DNA of 64,000 nucleotides from an uncultured Chloroflexia bacterium (GTDB lineage Bacteria > Chloroflexota > Limnocylindria > QHBO01), in NCBI GenBank assembly GCA_963704115.1, contig CAVPGY010000007.1, positions 120,142 through 184,141 on the forward strand, in the 5' to 3' direction. The position numbers and the translations under genes were made by a program. Below are positions 53,531-62,842 of the stretch, one piece after another. A model generated the notes under the pieces. That model ran no database searches. It was not told the origin of the DNA and saw nothing but the letters and a program-made list of their open reading frames with translations. Positions within the stretch are counted from its first letter, which is position 1; each line of letters starts with the position of its first letter.

Positions 53531-54150
53531 CCGGTCTCGGCGACGTCCGCTGGCATCTGACTGGCGTCGAGTCCGCCTCCGGTGGCGCGGAACTCCGGCG
53601 CGGTGGCCGCATTGTTCATCTCGAACCGCGACGGCGGCGCCACTGCCGCCAGGCGTGTGATCTCGTCCTCGGTCAGCTCGTAGCCGAACCGGATGGCTGC
53701 GACGTTCTCGTCCACGAAGCGGCGCGGCAACGACTCGCGGATTGCCTCCTCGTCGAACTCGATCGCCGCCAATCGCAGGAGTCGGCCGAGCGCGATCATG
53801 TTGCCGAACAGCTCCTTCCCGAAGTGCTGGCTGCCCAGCGAGGCAAACGGGATCTGCTCGGCGCCCGGCACGTCCAGGCCGAGATCCGCAACGACCTTCG
53901 GCGCGTGGATGCGCAAGTGGCCCTTGTCGGCCAGCTTGAGCATGATGTCCGCCTCCTCGACCACCGGGTTGAGGATCGGCTCGTCGTCGAAGATGAGGAA
54001 GGCGTCGCTCATGCTGCCGCGGACCGAGGAGTCGTAGTCGAACAGGACCGTGACCTCCTTGCCCATCCGCGCGAGGAGCGCCCCCATCACGCCGGCGATC
54101 ACCCGCACTCCCTGGCCGCCGACGCCGTCGAGCGCGATCTTGGTGCTCAT
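53527..54150 (-). CDS. 2-oxoacid:ferredoxin oxidoreductase, gamma subunit
   Basis: IALDGVGGQGVRVIAGVMGALLARMGKEV..FDYDSSVRG. Stop/start overlap with the beta subunit. Confidence 0.85.
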   Translation of the reverse strand: MSTKIALDGVGGQGVRVIAGVMGALLARMGKEVTVLFDYDSSVRGSMSDAFLIFDDEPILNPVVEEADIMLKLADKGHLRIHAPKVVADLGLDVPGAEQIPFASLGSQHFGKELFGNMIALGRLLRLAAIEFDEEAIRESLPRRFVDENVAAIRFGYELTEDEITRLAAVAPPSRFEMNNAATAPEFRATGGGLDASQMPADVAETG

Positions 54151-55595
54151 TCTGGGTCGATCCCCGCCTCCCGCATCGCGTCCTCCAGGGTGATTTCTCG
54201 CTGCGCGACGCGCAGCTTGAGATCGGAGGGAAGGCGCTGCATGAGCGCGAGCTTGCGCTGCGCCTCGGCGCGCTTGGCGTCCTTGGGATCCGATGTCGTC
54301 GCCGGCCTCGCATCCTCCATGGTCTGTGGCGCCACGGGCTGCGTGTCGTTGCCGACCTCACCACCGACGAGATCGCGCCCCTCCGCGGCGGCCTCCGCCT
54401 TCTGCGCATCGAGCTCCGCCTTGTGCTCGGTCCCGGGATCGGCGCCGCTCGCGGATCGCTCGACGTCGCCGGCCGGCACCGGCGCGTCCGGCGGTGCGCT
54501 GGAGCCGGTTCGCAGCCACTCGGGGATCTCGAGTCCCGCGGCGGCGAGCGCCTGCGGGAGGGTGAGTTCGCGCCGAGCGACCTGCATCTTCACGTCGTGC
54601 GACAGCTTCGCCATCAGCGCGGCGCGCTCGACCGATTCGGCGCGGCGCCGTGCCTTGTCGTCGGCGGGACGCGCCTCGACAACCGTGGTCGCGGCCTCCG
54701 CGGCGGTCGCGCCATGCTCGCCGGGCGAGTCGGTCGCCGATGCCAGCGGGCCGGCCGGCTGCTCCGGCAGCGCCGTCGGCCGGGGGGCATCGGCCAGGGC
54801 CTCCTGGGGGGCGTGGCCGTTTCGCGCGGGATGATCGATCGGGTAGACGATGCCGATCTCGAAGGCGTTGAGCTGGGTCGCATCCTTGGGGGCGCGCTTG
54901 TAGGTCTTGCGGTAGAAGGTGAGCATCTCGTTGGCGCTCGCGAAGCCGATGCGCCGCCCGTTGTTCTCGATGCACTGGCTGGTGATGTCGACGAAGCTGA
55001 AGCCGGGCCACTCGATCGCCTCGCGGATCGCATTGCGCAGGTGGAGCTGGTGGTAGACCGTCGACTTCGCGTACAGCGCGTGCGGACTGGAGCGCACGAG
55101 GCCCTGGAGGTTGATCGGCGTGTTCGGGTTGCCGCCGGGCGAGCTGAGCGTCTTCGTGCCCGTGGGTGTCGTCGGGCCGGTCTGGCCGCCGGTGAGCCCG
55201 TAGATCTCGTTGTTGTTGCACAGCACGGTGATCGGGGCGTTGCGCCGGATGGTGTGGATGAGATGGTTGCCGCCGATGCTGGCCGTGTCGCCGTCCCCGG
55301 CCACGACGATGACGTTCATCTCCGGCTTCACGGTCTTGACCGCCTCGGCCACCGGGAGCGTGCGCCCGTGCAGGGTGTACACGGCCTCGTGCTTGAGGTA
55401 GCCGCCCATCCGCCCGGTGCAGCCGATGCCGGTGACGAGGATCGTGTTGCGCTCGTCGAGGCCCATCTCGTCGAGGGTGAGGGCAAGCTGCATCATGATC
55501 GTGCCGATCCCGCAGCCCGGACACCAGATCGTAGGGAAGAGATCCAGCTTGATGCGATCCTTGTAGCCGAGCTCGGCCATTGGCGCCTCAGGCAT
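54147..55595 (-). CDS. 2-oxoacid:ferredoxin oxidoreductase, beta (TPP-binding) subunit with atypical ~250-aa C-terminal extension
   Basis: WCPGCG, GIGCTGR and VVAGDGDTASIGGNHL define the TPP domain (~290 aa). The tail contains a duplicated 33-aa motif (RAALMAKLSHDVKMQVARRELTLPQALAAAGLE / KLALMQRLPSDLKLRVAQREITLEDAMREAGID). A GGAGGAAG RBS precedes the ATG at 55595. Confidence 0.8.
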   Translation of the reverse strand: MPEAPMAELGYKDRIKLDLFPTIWCPGCGIGTIMMQLALTLDEMGLDERNTILVTGIGCTGRMGGYLKHEAVYTLHGRTLPVAEAVKTVKPEMNVIVVAGDGDTASIGGNHLIHTIRRNAPITVLCNNNEIYGLTGGQTGPTTPTGTKTLSSPGGNPNTPINLQGLVRSSPHALYAKSTVYHQLHLRNAIREAIEWPGFSFVDITSQCIENNGRRIGFASANEMLTFYRKTYKRAPKDATQLNAFEIGIVYPIDHPARNGHAPQEALADAPRPTALPEQPAGPLASATDSPGEHGATAAEAATTVVEARPADDKARRRAESVERAALMAKLSHDVKMQVARRELTLPQALAAAGLEIPEWLRTGSSAPPDAPVPAGDVERSASGADPGTEHKAELDAQKAEAAAEGRDLVGGEVGNDTQPVAPQTMEDARPATTSDPKDAKRAEAQRKLALMQRLPSDLKLRVAQREITLEDAMREAGIDPE

Positions 55596-55850
55596 GCGGG
55601 CTTCCTCCGGCGCTGATGCCGCGTGCCGGCGTGGCGTGGATCGGCGGCGCCCCTCGCGTGGCGCGGCGGTGATGTGCCGCGACGGCACGCATTGACACGG
55701 CTGGGGCGCCGCGCCACCGGTTCAAGCGCGCCCGGCTGACGATATGTGCGTCAGCCGCACCGACGGTGCGAGGAGAAGGCGTCTCGGGCGCCGCCAACGG
55801 GGCAGCCTGTCCGATGCGTGCCCGGGCGGTACAGCGACGATGGACCGCCA

Positions 55851-56987
55851 TCAGCCCACTCCCAGGGGCGACGGTCGCTGCTTCTCAGCCGGCTCCGGCG
55901 GAATCGGCGGCTCGGAGGGCCCGCCGGCCAGGACGCGCTCGATCCCCTCGCGGACGGCCTCCAGCGAGATACGGCCTCCCAGCACGGGGACGCGCTTGAC
56001 CTCGCGGTGAATGGCGAGCTCCACCAGGTCGGCGTACTGGCCGTCGTTCGCCTCCACCACCACGACCTCCCGATACCGGGCGGTGATCTCGCGCAGCTCG
56101 TCCTCCAGGACCGGGTGGATCCGGATGGGCCGGAACAGCGCGAACTCGTCGCGCAGGGGCGCCGCGACGCGCGACACGATCCCGTAGCAGATCACCAGGG
56201 TGTCGGCGTCGACGTTCCAGCCGTGCTCGTAGTGTGCGTATCGCCGGGCCACCTCCAGGTGACGGTGCTTGGTGGCGTAGAACTGCCGCAGATACTCGTC
56301 GGCGTCGGCGGTGGCCGGCTCACCCGCATTCGGCCCGTGCTCGTACATCAGCACGCCGGCGAAGAACCGCGGCTCTTCGACGAAGTCGCCGAGTGCGGGG
56401 ATTGCCCGCTCCACGATCTGCAGGCCTTCGGCGGACGCTTCCAGGTCGACCACCTCGTTGAGATGGGCGACGAACGTGTCCGACAGCACCACGACCGGGG
56501 AGCGCGACTCCTCCGCCGCGTTGAAGGCCTCCACCGTCATCCGGAAGGCCTCCTCCACGCCGTTCGGGTAGAAGGCGATCGGCGTGTAGTCGCCGGTGCT
56601 CCCCCACTTCACCTGCATGATGTCCCCCTGGCCGGGCATCGTCGGCATGCCCGTCGCGGGGCCGACGCGCATGACGTTGACGAAGACGCACGGCACGCCG
56701 ACCTTCTGCGCGTACCCGACCGCCTCCTGCATGAGGCTGAAGCCGGGGCCGGAGGTCGCGGTGAACGCCTTTGCGCCGGCGAGCGAGGCGCCGATGATCG
56801 CGTTCGCCGAGGCGATCTCGTCCTCGGCCTGGAGGAATCGGAACTCCGGGTGCTCGGCCGCATGGCTGGAAGCGACATTGAGGATCTCGGTCGACGGGCT
56901 GATCGGGTAGCCCGCGTAATAGCTCGCGCCCGCCGCGATCGCGCCGCGGAAAACCGCCTCGTTGCCCTGGGTGAGCTTGCGGGTCAT
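55851..56987 (-). CDS. 2-oxoacid:ferredoxin oxidoreductase, alpha subunit
   Basis: 378 aa with PFOR domain I/II pattern (GNEAVFRGAIAAGASYYAGYPISPSTEI, ATSGPGFSLMQEAVGYA). Confidence 0.9.
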   Translation of the reverse strand: MTRKLTQGNEAVFRGAIAAGASYYAGYPISPSTEILNVASSHAAEHPEFRFLQAEDEIASANAIIGASLAGAKAFTATSGPGFSLMQEAVGYAQKVGVPCVFVNVMRVGPATGMPTMPGQGDIMQVKWGSTGDYTPIAFYPNGVEEAFRMTVEAFNAAEESRSPVVVLSDTFVAHLNEVVDLEASAEGLQIVERAIPALGDFVEEPRFFAGVLMYEHGPNAGEPATADADEYLRQFYATKHRHLEVARRYAHYEHGWNVDADTLVICYGIVSRVAAPLRDEFALFRPIRIHPVLEDELREITARYREVVVVEANDGQYADLVELAIHREVKRVPVLGGRISLEAVREGIERVLAGGPSEPPIPPEPAEKQRPSPLGVG

Positions 56988-57084
56988 GCCGTCGGCCCGG
57001 GCACCGATGCCCCTTGCGCCCCGTGAGACGCGGCCTGCGCCTGATTCGAGCCGGTGTATGTTCGGGCCATGACCTCGGTCGCCA

Positions 57085-57387
57085 TCAACCCGCCTCGTCC
57101 TTCGCCGCGTGCGCCGTGACGGCGGCCGGGATCATCTCGATGGCAAGGTCGGGGCAGTAGCGCTCGCACAGGCCGCAGAGGATGCAGTTCTCCTCCTCGA
57201 TGATCGCGTCGTTGCGCAGCACCAGCGTGCCCTTGGGGCAGATGTCGACACAGATGTCGCAGCGCTTGCAGAAGACCGGATTCCAGCTGATGTTGGCGTA
57301 GTCAACCCAGCGGATGCCGTCCCGGTGGTCGTCGGACGTTCCGGTGCCGAATCCGAGAGGCGCGCGATGCGCAGGCTGATCGGTCAT
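57085..57387 (-). CDS. 2-oxoacid:ferredoxin oxidoreductase, delta (2x[4Fe-4S] ferredoxin) subunit
   Basis: CKRCDICVDICP and CILCGLCERYCP. Start taken at MTDQPAH. Confidence 0.8.
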   Translation of the reverse strand: MTDQPAHRAPLGFGTGTSDDHRDGIRWVDYANISWNPVFCKRCDICVDICPKGTLVLRNDAIIEEENCILCGLCERYCPDLAIEMIPAAVTAHAAKDEAG

Positions 57388-57526
57388 TGGGAGCTTCGAT
57401 GATAGACCGATGCCGCGCGCCCCGTGGACGCTGGCGGCCCGCATCGGTCCGTGGCGCCTGCGCGGATCGTCGCCCGACGGCGTTCGTCACCGATCCGTCA
57501 CCCCACGGTCATACACTCGCACCGTC

Positions 57527-58234
57527 ATGGCCACGGTCCTCATCGTCGACGACGACCCGAAGATCCGCGACCTGCTCCGGCTCTACGTCGAGCGGGAGCG
57601 TCACCGCGTGATCGAGGCGGAGGACGGGCCCAGCGCCATCGCGGCGGTCGAGCGGGCACGACCCGACCTCGTCCTGCTGGACGTGATGCTCCCGGGGCTC
57701 GACGGAATCGAGGTGCTCAGGCGCATCCGAGCCGTGGCCTCCATCCCCGTCATGCTCCTCACCGCGCGGAGCGGCGACGGGGACAAGGTCATCGGCCTCG
57801 ACAGCGGGGCCGATGACTACATCGTGAAGCCGTTCAGCCCACGCGAGCTCATGGCTCGCGTGCGGGTGCAGCTGCGGCGCCATGTCACGGTGACGGCCGA
57901 CGAGCCGGCACTCGTCTCCGGGTCGCTGATGCTCGACCCGGGGGCCGTGCAGGCGCGGCTCGAGGGCCGCCCACTCGACCTGACACCCTTCGAGTTCCGG
58001 CTGCTGCACGCCCTCATGAAGCGCGCGGGCCGGGTGCTGACGCGTGATGCGCTGATCACGGCCATCCACGGTGACGACGACCCCGGGATCATCGACCGTA
58101 CGATCGACGTCCATCTCGGGCGGCTGCGGAGGAAGCTCGGCGACGATGCAGCCGCCCCGCGTTTCATCGCCACCGCTCGCTCCGTCGGGTACCGCTTTGT
58201 CGGCGACGTCGAGAAGCGGCCGGTCACCCCGTGA
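57527..58234 (+). CDS. OmpR-family response regulator
   Basis: VLIVDDDPKIRDLL..DLVLLDVMLPGLDG..LTARSGDGDKVIGLDSGADDYIVKPF plus a winged-helix output. It diverges from the oxidoreductase operon. Confidence 0.9.
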   Translation: MATVLIVDDDPKIRDLLRLYVERERHRVIEAEDGPSAIAAVERARPDLVLLDVMLPGLDGIEVLRRIRAVASIPVMLLTARSGDGDKVIGLDSGADDYIVKPFSPRELMARVRVQLRRHVTVTADEPALVSGSLMLDPGAVQARLEGRPLDLTPFEFRLLHALMKRAGRVLTRDALITAIHGDDDPGIIDRTIDVHLGRLRRKLGDDAAAPRFIATARSVGYRFVGDVEKRPVTP

Positions 58235-59304
58235 GCTTCAGGCCGTCGCTGCGCCTGCGGCTCATCGGGCTGTTCGTGCTCACCGCCCTCGTGGTGGCGG
58301 CGGTCATCATCTTCGCCGTCGAGCGGTTCAGCGCCGCGGCGCTGATGGACCTGATGATGGAGGGCAGCGACTCGCCGGAGGAGGCGCAGCTCATGTTCGA
58401 CCAGTACGTCGGACGGGTGCTGGTCATCGGTGGCGGGGTCGCGGTCGTGCTCGGCAGCTTGACCGGGTGGTGGTTCCTGCGCCGCATCCTCCGGCCCCTC
58501 GACCGGCTGGCCGCTGCGACCCATGCCGTGGCGGCAGGCGACCTCGAGACGCGCGTCCCCGTGCCACCCGACCCGGAGCTGCGCTCGCTGGCCGATTCGT
58601 TCAACCGGATGACCTCGTCGCTCCAGCGCGCGGAGATGCTCCGCCGCGCCGTCGTGGAAGACGTCGCCCACGAGCTGCGGACGCCGCTGACCAGCCTGCG
58701 CGGCTACACCGAGGCGCTCGCCGACGGTGTGGTCGAGCCGACCCCCGACATGCTGCGCACGGTGCACGAGGAGATCGTGCGGCTGACGCGACTCGTCGAG
58801 GAGCTCGACCAGCTCGCGCGCGGGGGCCATGCCCAGCGGGCGGGCGCTCGCGTCCCGATCGACCTGGGGGCGCTGGTCGCACGGGCGCTCGAGCTCGTCT
58901 CGCCCGAGCTCACCCGGCGCGGGATCCGCGCGAACCTCGTGGTCGATGCAGCCGCGCCGACGGTGCTCGCCGACCCGGATGGCATCGGCCAGGTGGTGTC
59001 GAACCTGATTCAGAACGCCGCGCGCTACACCGATGACGGCGGCGCCGTGACCGTTCGCATCGGGCCCGAGGGCGCCGGTGTCCGCTGCGCGGTCGAGAAC
59101 ACCGGCTCCGGGATCCCCGCGGCGGAGCTGCCGCTCATCTGGGAGCGTCTCCACCGCGTCGACCCGTCGCGATCACGCGAGAGCGGCGGCGCCGGCATCG
59201 GGCTGGCGATCGTCCGCCAGATCGTCGAGGCGCACGGCGGCGCGGTCGGCGCCGAGTCGGCGAACGGCCGCACCGACGTCTGGTTCTCGCTCCCGCCCGG
59301 CTGA
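58231..59304 (+). CDS. Sensor histidine kinase (2 TM, HAMP, HisKA, HATPase_c)
   Basis: H-box VAHELRTPLTSLRGY, N/G boxes NLIQNAARYT, ENTGSGIPAAELPLIWERLHRVD, GGAGIGLAIV. Overlaps the regulator by 4 nt. Confidence 0.9.
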   Translation: MSFRPSLRLRLIGLFVLTALVVAAVIIFAVERFSAAALMDLMMEGSDSPEEAQLMFDQYVGRVLVIGGGVAVVLGSLTGWWFLRRILRPLDRLAAATHAVAAGDLETRVPVPPDPELRSLADSFNRMTSSLQRAEMLRRAVVEDVAHELRTPLTSLRGYTEALADGVVEPTPDMLRTVHEEIVRLTRLVEELDQLARGGHAQRAGARVPIDLGALVARALELVSPELTRRGIRANLVVDAAAPTVLADPDGIGQVVSNLIQNAARYTDDGGAVTVRIGPEGAGVRCAVENTGSGIPAAELPLIWERLHRVDPSRSRESGGAGIGLAIVRQIVEAHGGAVGAESANGRTDVWFSLPPG

Positions 59305-59341
59305 CTCGGCCCTGCAAGGTGCCGACCTATACTCGCGGCCC

Positions 59342-60907
59342 ATGTTCTTTCAGCCTTCACGCCGGGCGACGCTGGCCGCCGCACTCAGCGCGGCGCTCCT
59401 GGTGGCCGGCTGCACGACCGCCGACCCGACGCCGACCGCACCCGACGCCAGCACCGCGCCATCGCCACTCGCCACGCCACCACCCACTCCCGACCCGACG
59501 CCCACGCCGATTCCGGAGGTCGAGGTGCCGCTGGCCGTGGTCACCGGCTACACCAGCGCTCGCGCCTCGATCACGCTCGACGAGGTGATCGGCGGCAACG
59601 CGCTCCTCCCGTGCGAGGTCACCGCGGTCGACCCGGTGCTCGTCGGCGACGGCGAGTGCCTGCCCGGCGCCGAGATCGCCGCGGCGATCGAGGCCGATCC
59701 CGAGCGGCTGGCACTGCTGCCGCCCGACCTCGTGGTCCCCACGATCAAGGTCCTGCCGGTCGACGGTGCGGACGTCTTCGGCGGACCGGAGGCCCGGGCG
59801 GCCACGTATCCGATCACCGGACGCGGCGTCGGCCTGGTTCCGTACGACCCAGCGGAGATTCGGACACTGATGAGCCTCGGGGACTCCTGTCCCGATCGAG
59901 GCGTCGCGTATGCGGCCGTCACCCTCGGACGCGGCTGGGACTGGGTCTTCGGCGGCGGGACCGCCGAGTACACCGCGGTCTATCCGAATCCCGTTCCGCC
60001 CGGCTTCGTGGGCAACGGCTTCAACATCGTCGACGCCGTCCCGACCGGCAACGAGGGCGCGGTCGCCGAGCTCGTCGGCGGCGCCGACGTGACCCTCGAC
60101 GACTTCGAGTGCCCGGTGGTCGACGCCTGGACGGTGAACGACGGCGTCATCTTCAGCATCGACCCGGCCGTCCTCCCGCAGCTGCGGGACCGGTATGGCG
60201 TCGACGTGGCGACGCTGGCCGCCAACCATCTCTTCGACCGCGGCACGCCCGGGTTCCTCGAGACGCTCGACAAGTTCGCCGCCGCCGGCATCCCCACCGC
60301 CGGGGCCGGCATCGATCTCGATGCGGCGCTCGAGCCCGCCTACGTCGACGTCAACGGGCTGACCTTCGCGGTCATCGGCTACAACGAGATCCCCGGCTCG
60401 CTCGAGGCCGGCCCGAGCCAGCCCGGCGTGCTGTGGCTGCGCGACGAGTACGTCGTCGAGTCGGTCGCTCGCGCGCGCTCCGCCGATGCGGACCTCGTCA
60501 TCTGCGTCCCCCAATGGTGGGGCGGCGGTGAGTACCACGCCGAGTTCCGGGGAGACATGCGCCGCCAGCAGGAGGTCTTCTTCGACGCGGGCTGCGACCA
60601 CGTGCTCGGCCACGGCACCCACTGGTCCGGGCCGATCGAGATCACGCCCACCGACGACGGCGACCACCGGGTCACGATGGTGAGCCACGGCAACTTCCTG
60701 TTCGGCCAGGAGTGGAGCCAACAGACGCAGGAGGGAGTGACCCTCGAGCTGGCCTTCCAGGGGACGCGCCTCGCCCAGGCGCGTATGCACCCGTACATCA
60801 TGCTGGAGCAGGCGCAGACGAACCTCACCGATCCCTCGACCGACGGCCTGTGGGTGCTGAACCGCATCTACGAGGCGTCCGGCCTGCCGATCCTGGCCCA
60901 GCCCTAA
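59342..60907 (+). CDS. CapA/PgsA-family lipoprotein (poly-gamma-glutamate-synthesis-like metallophosphatase fold)
   Basis: Lipobox LLVAGC, a Pro/Thr-rich linker, then a CapA-like domain (ANHLFDRG, VIGYNEIPG, VICVPQWWGGGEYH, HVLGHGTH). Confidence 0.7.
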   Translation: MFFQPSRRATLAAALSAALLVAGCTTADPTPTAPDASTAPSPLATPPPTPDPTPTPIPEVEVPLAVVTGYTSARASITLDEVIGGNALLPCEVTAVDPVLVGDGECLPGAEIAAAIEADPERLALLPPDLVVPTIKVLPVDGADVFGGPEARAATYPITGRGVGLVPYDPAEIRTLMSLGDSCPDRGVAYAAVTLGRGWDWVFGGGTAEYTAVYPNPVPPGFVGNGFNIVDAVPTGNEGAVAELVGGADVTLDDFECPVVDAWTVNDGVIFSIDPAVLPQLRDRYGVDVATLAANHLFDRGTPGFLETLDKFAAAGIPTAGAGIDLDAALEPAYVDVNGLTFAVIGYNEIPGSLEAGPSQPGVLWLRDEYVVESVARARSADADLVICVPQWWGGGEYHAEFRGDMRRQQEVFFDAGCDHVLGHGTHWSGPIEITPTDDGDHRVTMVSHGNFLFGQEWSQQTQEGVTLELAFQGTRLAQARMHPYIMLEQAQTNLTDPSTDGLWVLNRIYEASGLPILAQP

Positions 60908-60995
60908 CACCCCGGCGCGCCGGTGCTGCCTCCAGCCGGCCATGAAGCCCGCCGGGGACCCGGCGGAGGCGACGGTTCGGCCACGCTGAGCCCGT

Positions 60996-61439
60996 TCAGC
61001 CGCTCCCTGCGTCGTTCCGGTCGCTCTTGTCCTCTGGCAGAGGACAGAAGACGTCCACGCGGATGCCGAACGGGTCGTCCACGCACGCGAAACGCATCTT
61101 GCGGTACATCCACGTGTCGGTGGGCGCGAACCCCTCTACCGCCTTCGCACCGGCCGCAATCAGCCGCTCGTAGATCGCGTCCACGTCGGCCGGCGTCCTG
61201 ACCTCCATCGCGAACTCCGCGTTCCGAGGCCCGCCGTCGGGGTACGGACCTTGCTTGGCGTCGAACAGGGTCAGCTTGTCGTCGCCGATCGCGAACCCGA
61301 TGAGCCCGTCCCCATGGGTGTGCTGGGGCGGCCCGAGAACGGCACTGTAGAACGCCTTCGCGCCGTTGAGATCCCGTACGTAGAAACTGGGGTAGGCGGC
61401 TCTCCGGAAAGCTGCACCCAGGTCCTTCTCATCGCTCAT
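60996..61439 (-). CDS. VOC-family (glyoxalase/bleomycin-resistance fold) protein
   Basis: YVRDLNGAKAFYSAVLG..FAMEVRTPADVDAIYERLIAAGAKAVEGF. Confidence 0.7.
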   Translation of the reverse strand: MSDEKDLGAAFRRAAYPSFYVRDLNGAKAFYSAVLGPPQHTHGDGLIGFAIGDDKLTLFDAKQGPYPDGGPRNAEFAMEVRTPADVDAIYERLIAAGAKAVEGFAPTDTWMYRKMRFACVDDPFGIRVDVFCPLPEDKSDRNDAGSG

Positions 61440-61574
61440 GGCGCTATTGTGCGGAACCGGCCGCGCGAGCGCACGACCGCTCCCCAGGCCTGAGTCGCTG
61501 CTGCCACCTGCGGTCCGAAGACGACCACGTCAGCGACCGGAATCGCTCGCACATGGAACCGGGGCGAACCATCC

Positions 61575-61635
61575 GCTTGACGTCCTGCTTGTACCGCGCC
61601 GATGATGCGTCTGGACACATGTCTGGACACACGCC
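61575..61635 (+). promoter_or_regulatory. Putative promoter/operator of the Xre-RES toxin-antitoxin operon: TTGACG, an 18-nt spacer, GATGAT, then two tandem 11-bp direct repeats GTCTGGACACA (61609-61619, 61621-61631) ending 7 nt before the antitoxin ATG
   Basis: Read directly at 61577-61631. The repeats lie between the -10-like element and the start codon, the position expected for antitoxin autorepression. Confidence 0.4.
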
Positions 61636-61638
61636 GTC

Positions 61639-61983
61639 ATGACCATCCGCACCGCACAGATCCAGCCCCGCGATCTGCGGGAGGCGTTTCGCCTCTCGCG
61701 CGAGCGCCTCGCGCGCCTGGTCGGGGTGACGGCCAAGACGGTGGAGCGGTGGGAGGCCAGGCCGACCCGCCCGGCGCGGGACGAGACTCGCATGCGGATG
61801 GCCCAGCTGCGCGAGATCGCCGAGCTGGGCGCGACGGTCTACACCCGCGAGGGCCTCGCCGACTTCCTCGACGCGCCGCTCGCCGAATTCGACGGCCTCA
61901 CGGCGCTCCAGCTCATCGAGCGCGGGGCGGCCGATCGAGTGCTCGCGGCGCTCGCCGCCGACTACGAGGGCGCGGGCTACTAG
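61639..61983 (+). CDS. Xre-family/DUF2384 antitoxin (ParS/MbcA-like)
   Basis: HTH segment LSRERLARLVGVTAKTVERWE followed by DUF2384-like ADFLDAPLAEFDGLTALQLIERG. Confidence 0.8.
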   Translation: MTIRTAQIQPRDLREAFRLSRERLARLVGVTAKTVERWEARPTRPARDETRMRMAQLREIAELGATVYTREGLADFLDAPLAEFDGLTALQLIERGAADRVLAALAADYEGAGY

Positions 61984-62547
61984 GTGGCCTCGCTCCCCGA
62001 CCTCGTCAGGCCGTGGGCCGGCACGGCGTTCCGCCACATCCCTGCCGAGGCGGGGTACGACGTTCGCGACCTCCGGTTCGCGGGACGCCGCAGCGACGGC
62101 CGGTGGCACTGGCGCGGTCAGCCAACCCTCTACCTCGCCTCCGACGCGGGGGTGGCCATCGGCGAGTTCGCTCGCCACCTCGCCGTCGACCGCGGTGGGG
62201 CGGTCGTCCCGGCGCGCAGGACGGTGTACGAGCTCGGCGTGCGGGTCGAACGGGCGATCGACCTCCGCGACCCGGCGGTCCTGCGGCTCATCGGCCGCGA
62301 CGACGCCCCGGGCTGCTGGCTGGACCCAAGAATCGCTCGCGCGGTCGCGACCTTCTTCCGCGACTCCCTCGACGTGCAGGCCCTGGTGGTCCCGAGCGTC
62401 GTGCACCTCGACGATCCGGGGCGGTTCAACGTGGTGGCGTTCCTCGAGAACCTGCCGGACACGCCTCGCTCGTTCCTACCGCGCGCCCGTCGCCGGGCGA
62501 CGGTGAGCGTCGAGCCGGAACCACCGGACGTCGACGACGCGGGCTGA
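61984..62547 (+). CDS. RES-domain toxin (ParT/MbcT-like)
   Basis: GTG start immediately after the antitoxin stop. RES pattern: ..RWHWRGQPTLYLASDAGVAIGEF..YELGVRVER..LVVPSVVHL. Confidence 0.8.
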   Translation: MASLPDLVRPWAGTAFRHIPAEAGYDVRDLRFAGRRSDGRWHWRGQPTLYLASDAGVAIGEFARHLAVDRGGAVVPARRTVYELGVRVERAIDLRDPAVLRLIGRDDAPGCWLDPRIARAVATFFRDSLDVQALVVPSVVHLDDPGRFNVVAFLENLPDTPRSFLPRARRRATVSVEPEPPDVDDAG

Positions 62548-62838
62548 TCAGCCCGACATGCGGCGCCGGATCTCCTCGGCGTAGTCGCCGAAGTAGCGTC
62601 CGATGATCGGCAGATCGAAGCTGCGCAGGATGCTCTCTGCCGGCTCGCGTTCCAGCAGGAATCGGAAGGACTCGGCGACCAGCGCCTCCGGCGTCGCGCC
62701 GGGGGCAAGGTCGTCGAGCGTCGCGCGATCCACGCGCACCTCGTGCTCCGTCTCGCGAGCACCGTGTCCCAGCACGACGTGACAGCGCCACCCGCCGTCC
62801 TGCGGCTCGCAGCGCACGGTGGGTGGCGTCCCGGTCAT
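62548..62838 (-). CDS. Hypothetical small protein (conserved-looking, unknown function)
   Basis: MTGTPPTVRCEPQDGGWRCHVVLG..ALVAESFRFLLEREPAESILRSFDLPIIGRYFGDY. Tightly packed between the RES gene and the rhodanese. Confidence 0.45.
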   Translation of the reverse strand: MTGTPPTVRCEPQDGGWRCHVVLGHGARETEHEVRVDRATLDDLAPGATPEALVAESFRFLLEREPAESILRSFDLPIIGRYFGDYAEEIRRRMSG

Positions 62839-62842
62839 CGGA

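Noticed and set aside
55588-55851. 87-aa ORF exactly bridging the OFOR alpha stop and beta start.
   Set aside because: It is not called as a CDS because the composition is Arg/Ala-rich and low-complexity with no RBS. It is kept only as part of the spacer finding because of the precise TGATG overlap.
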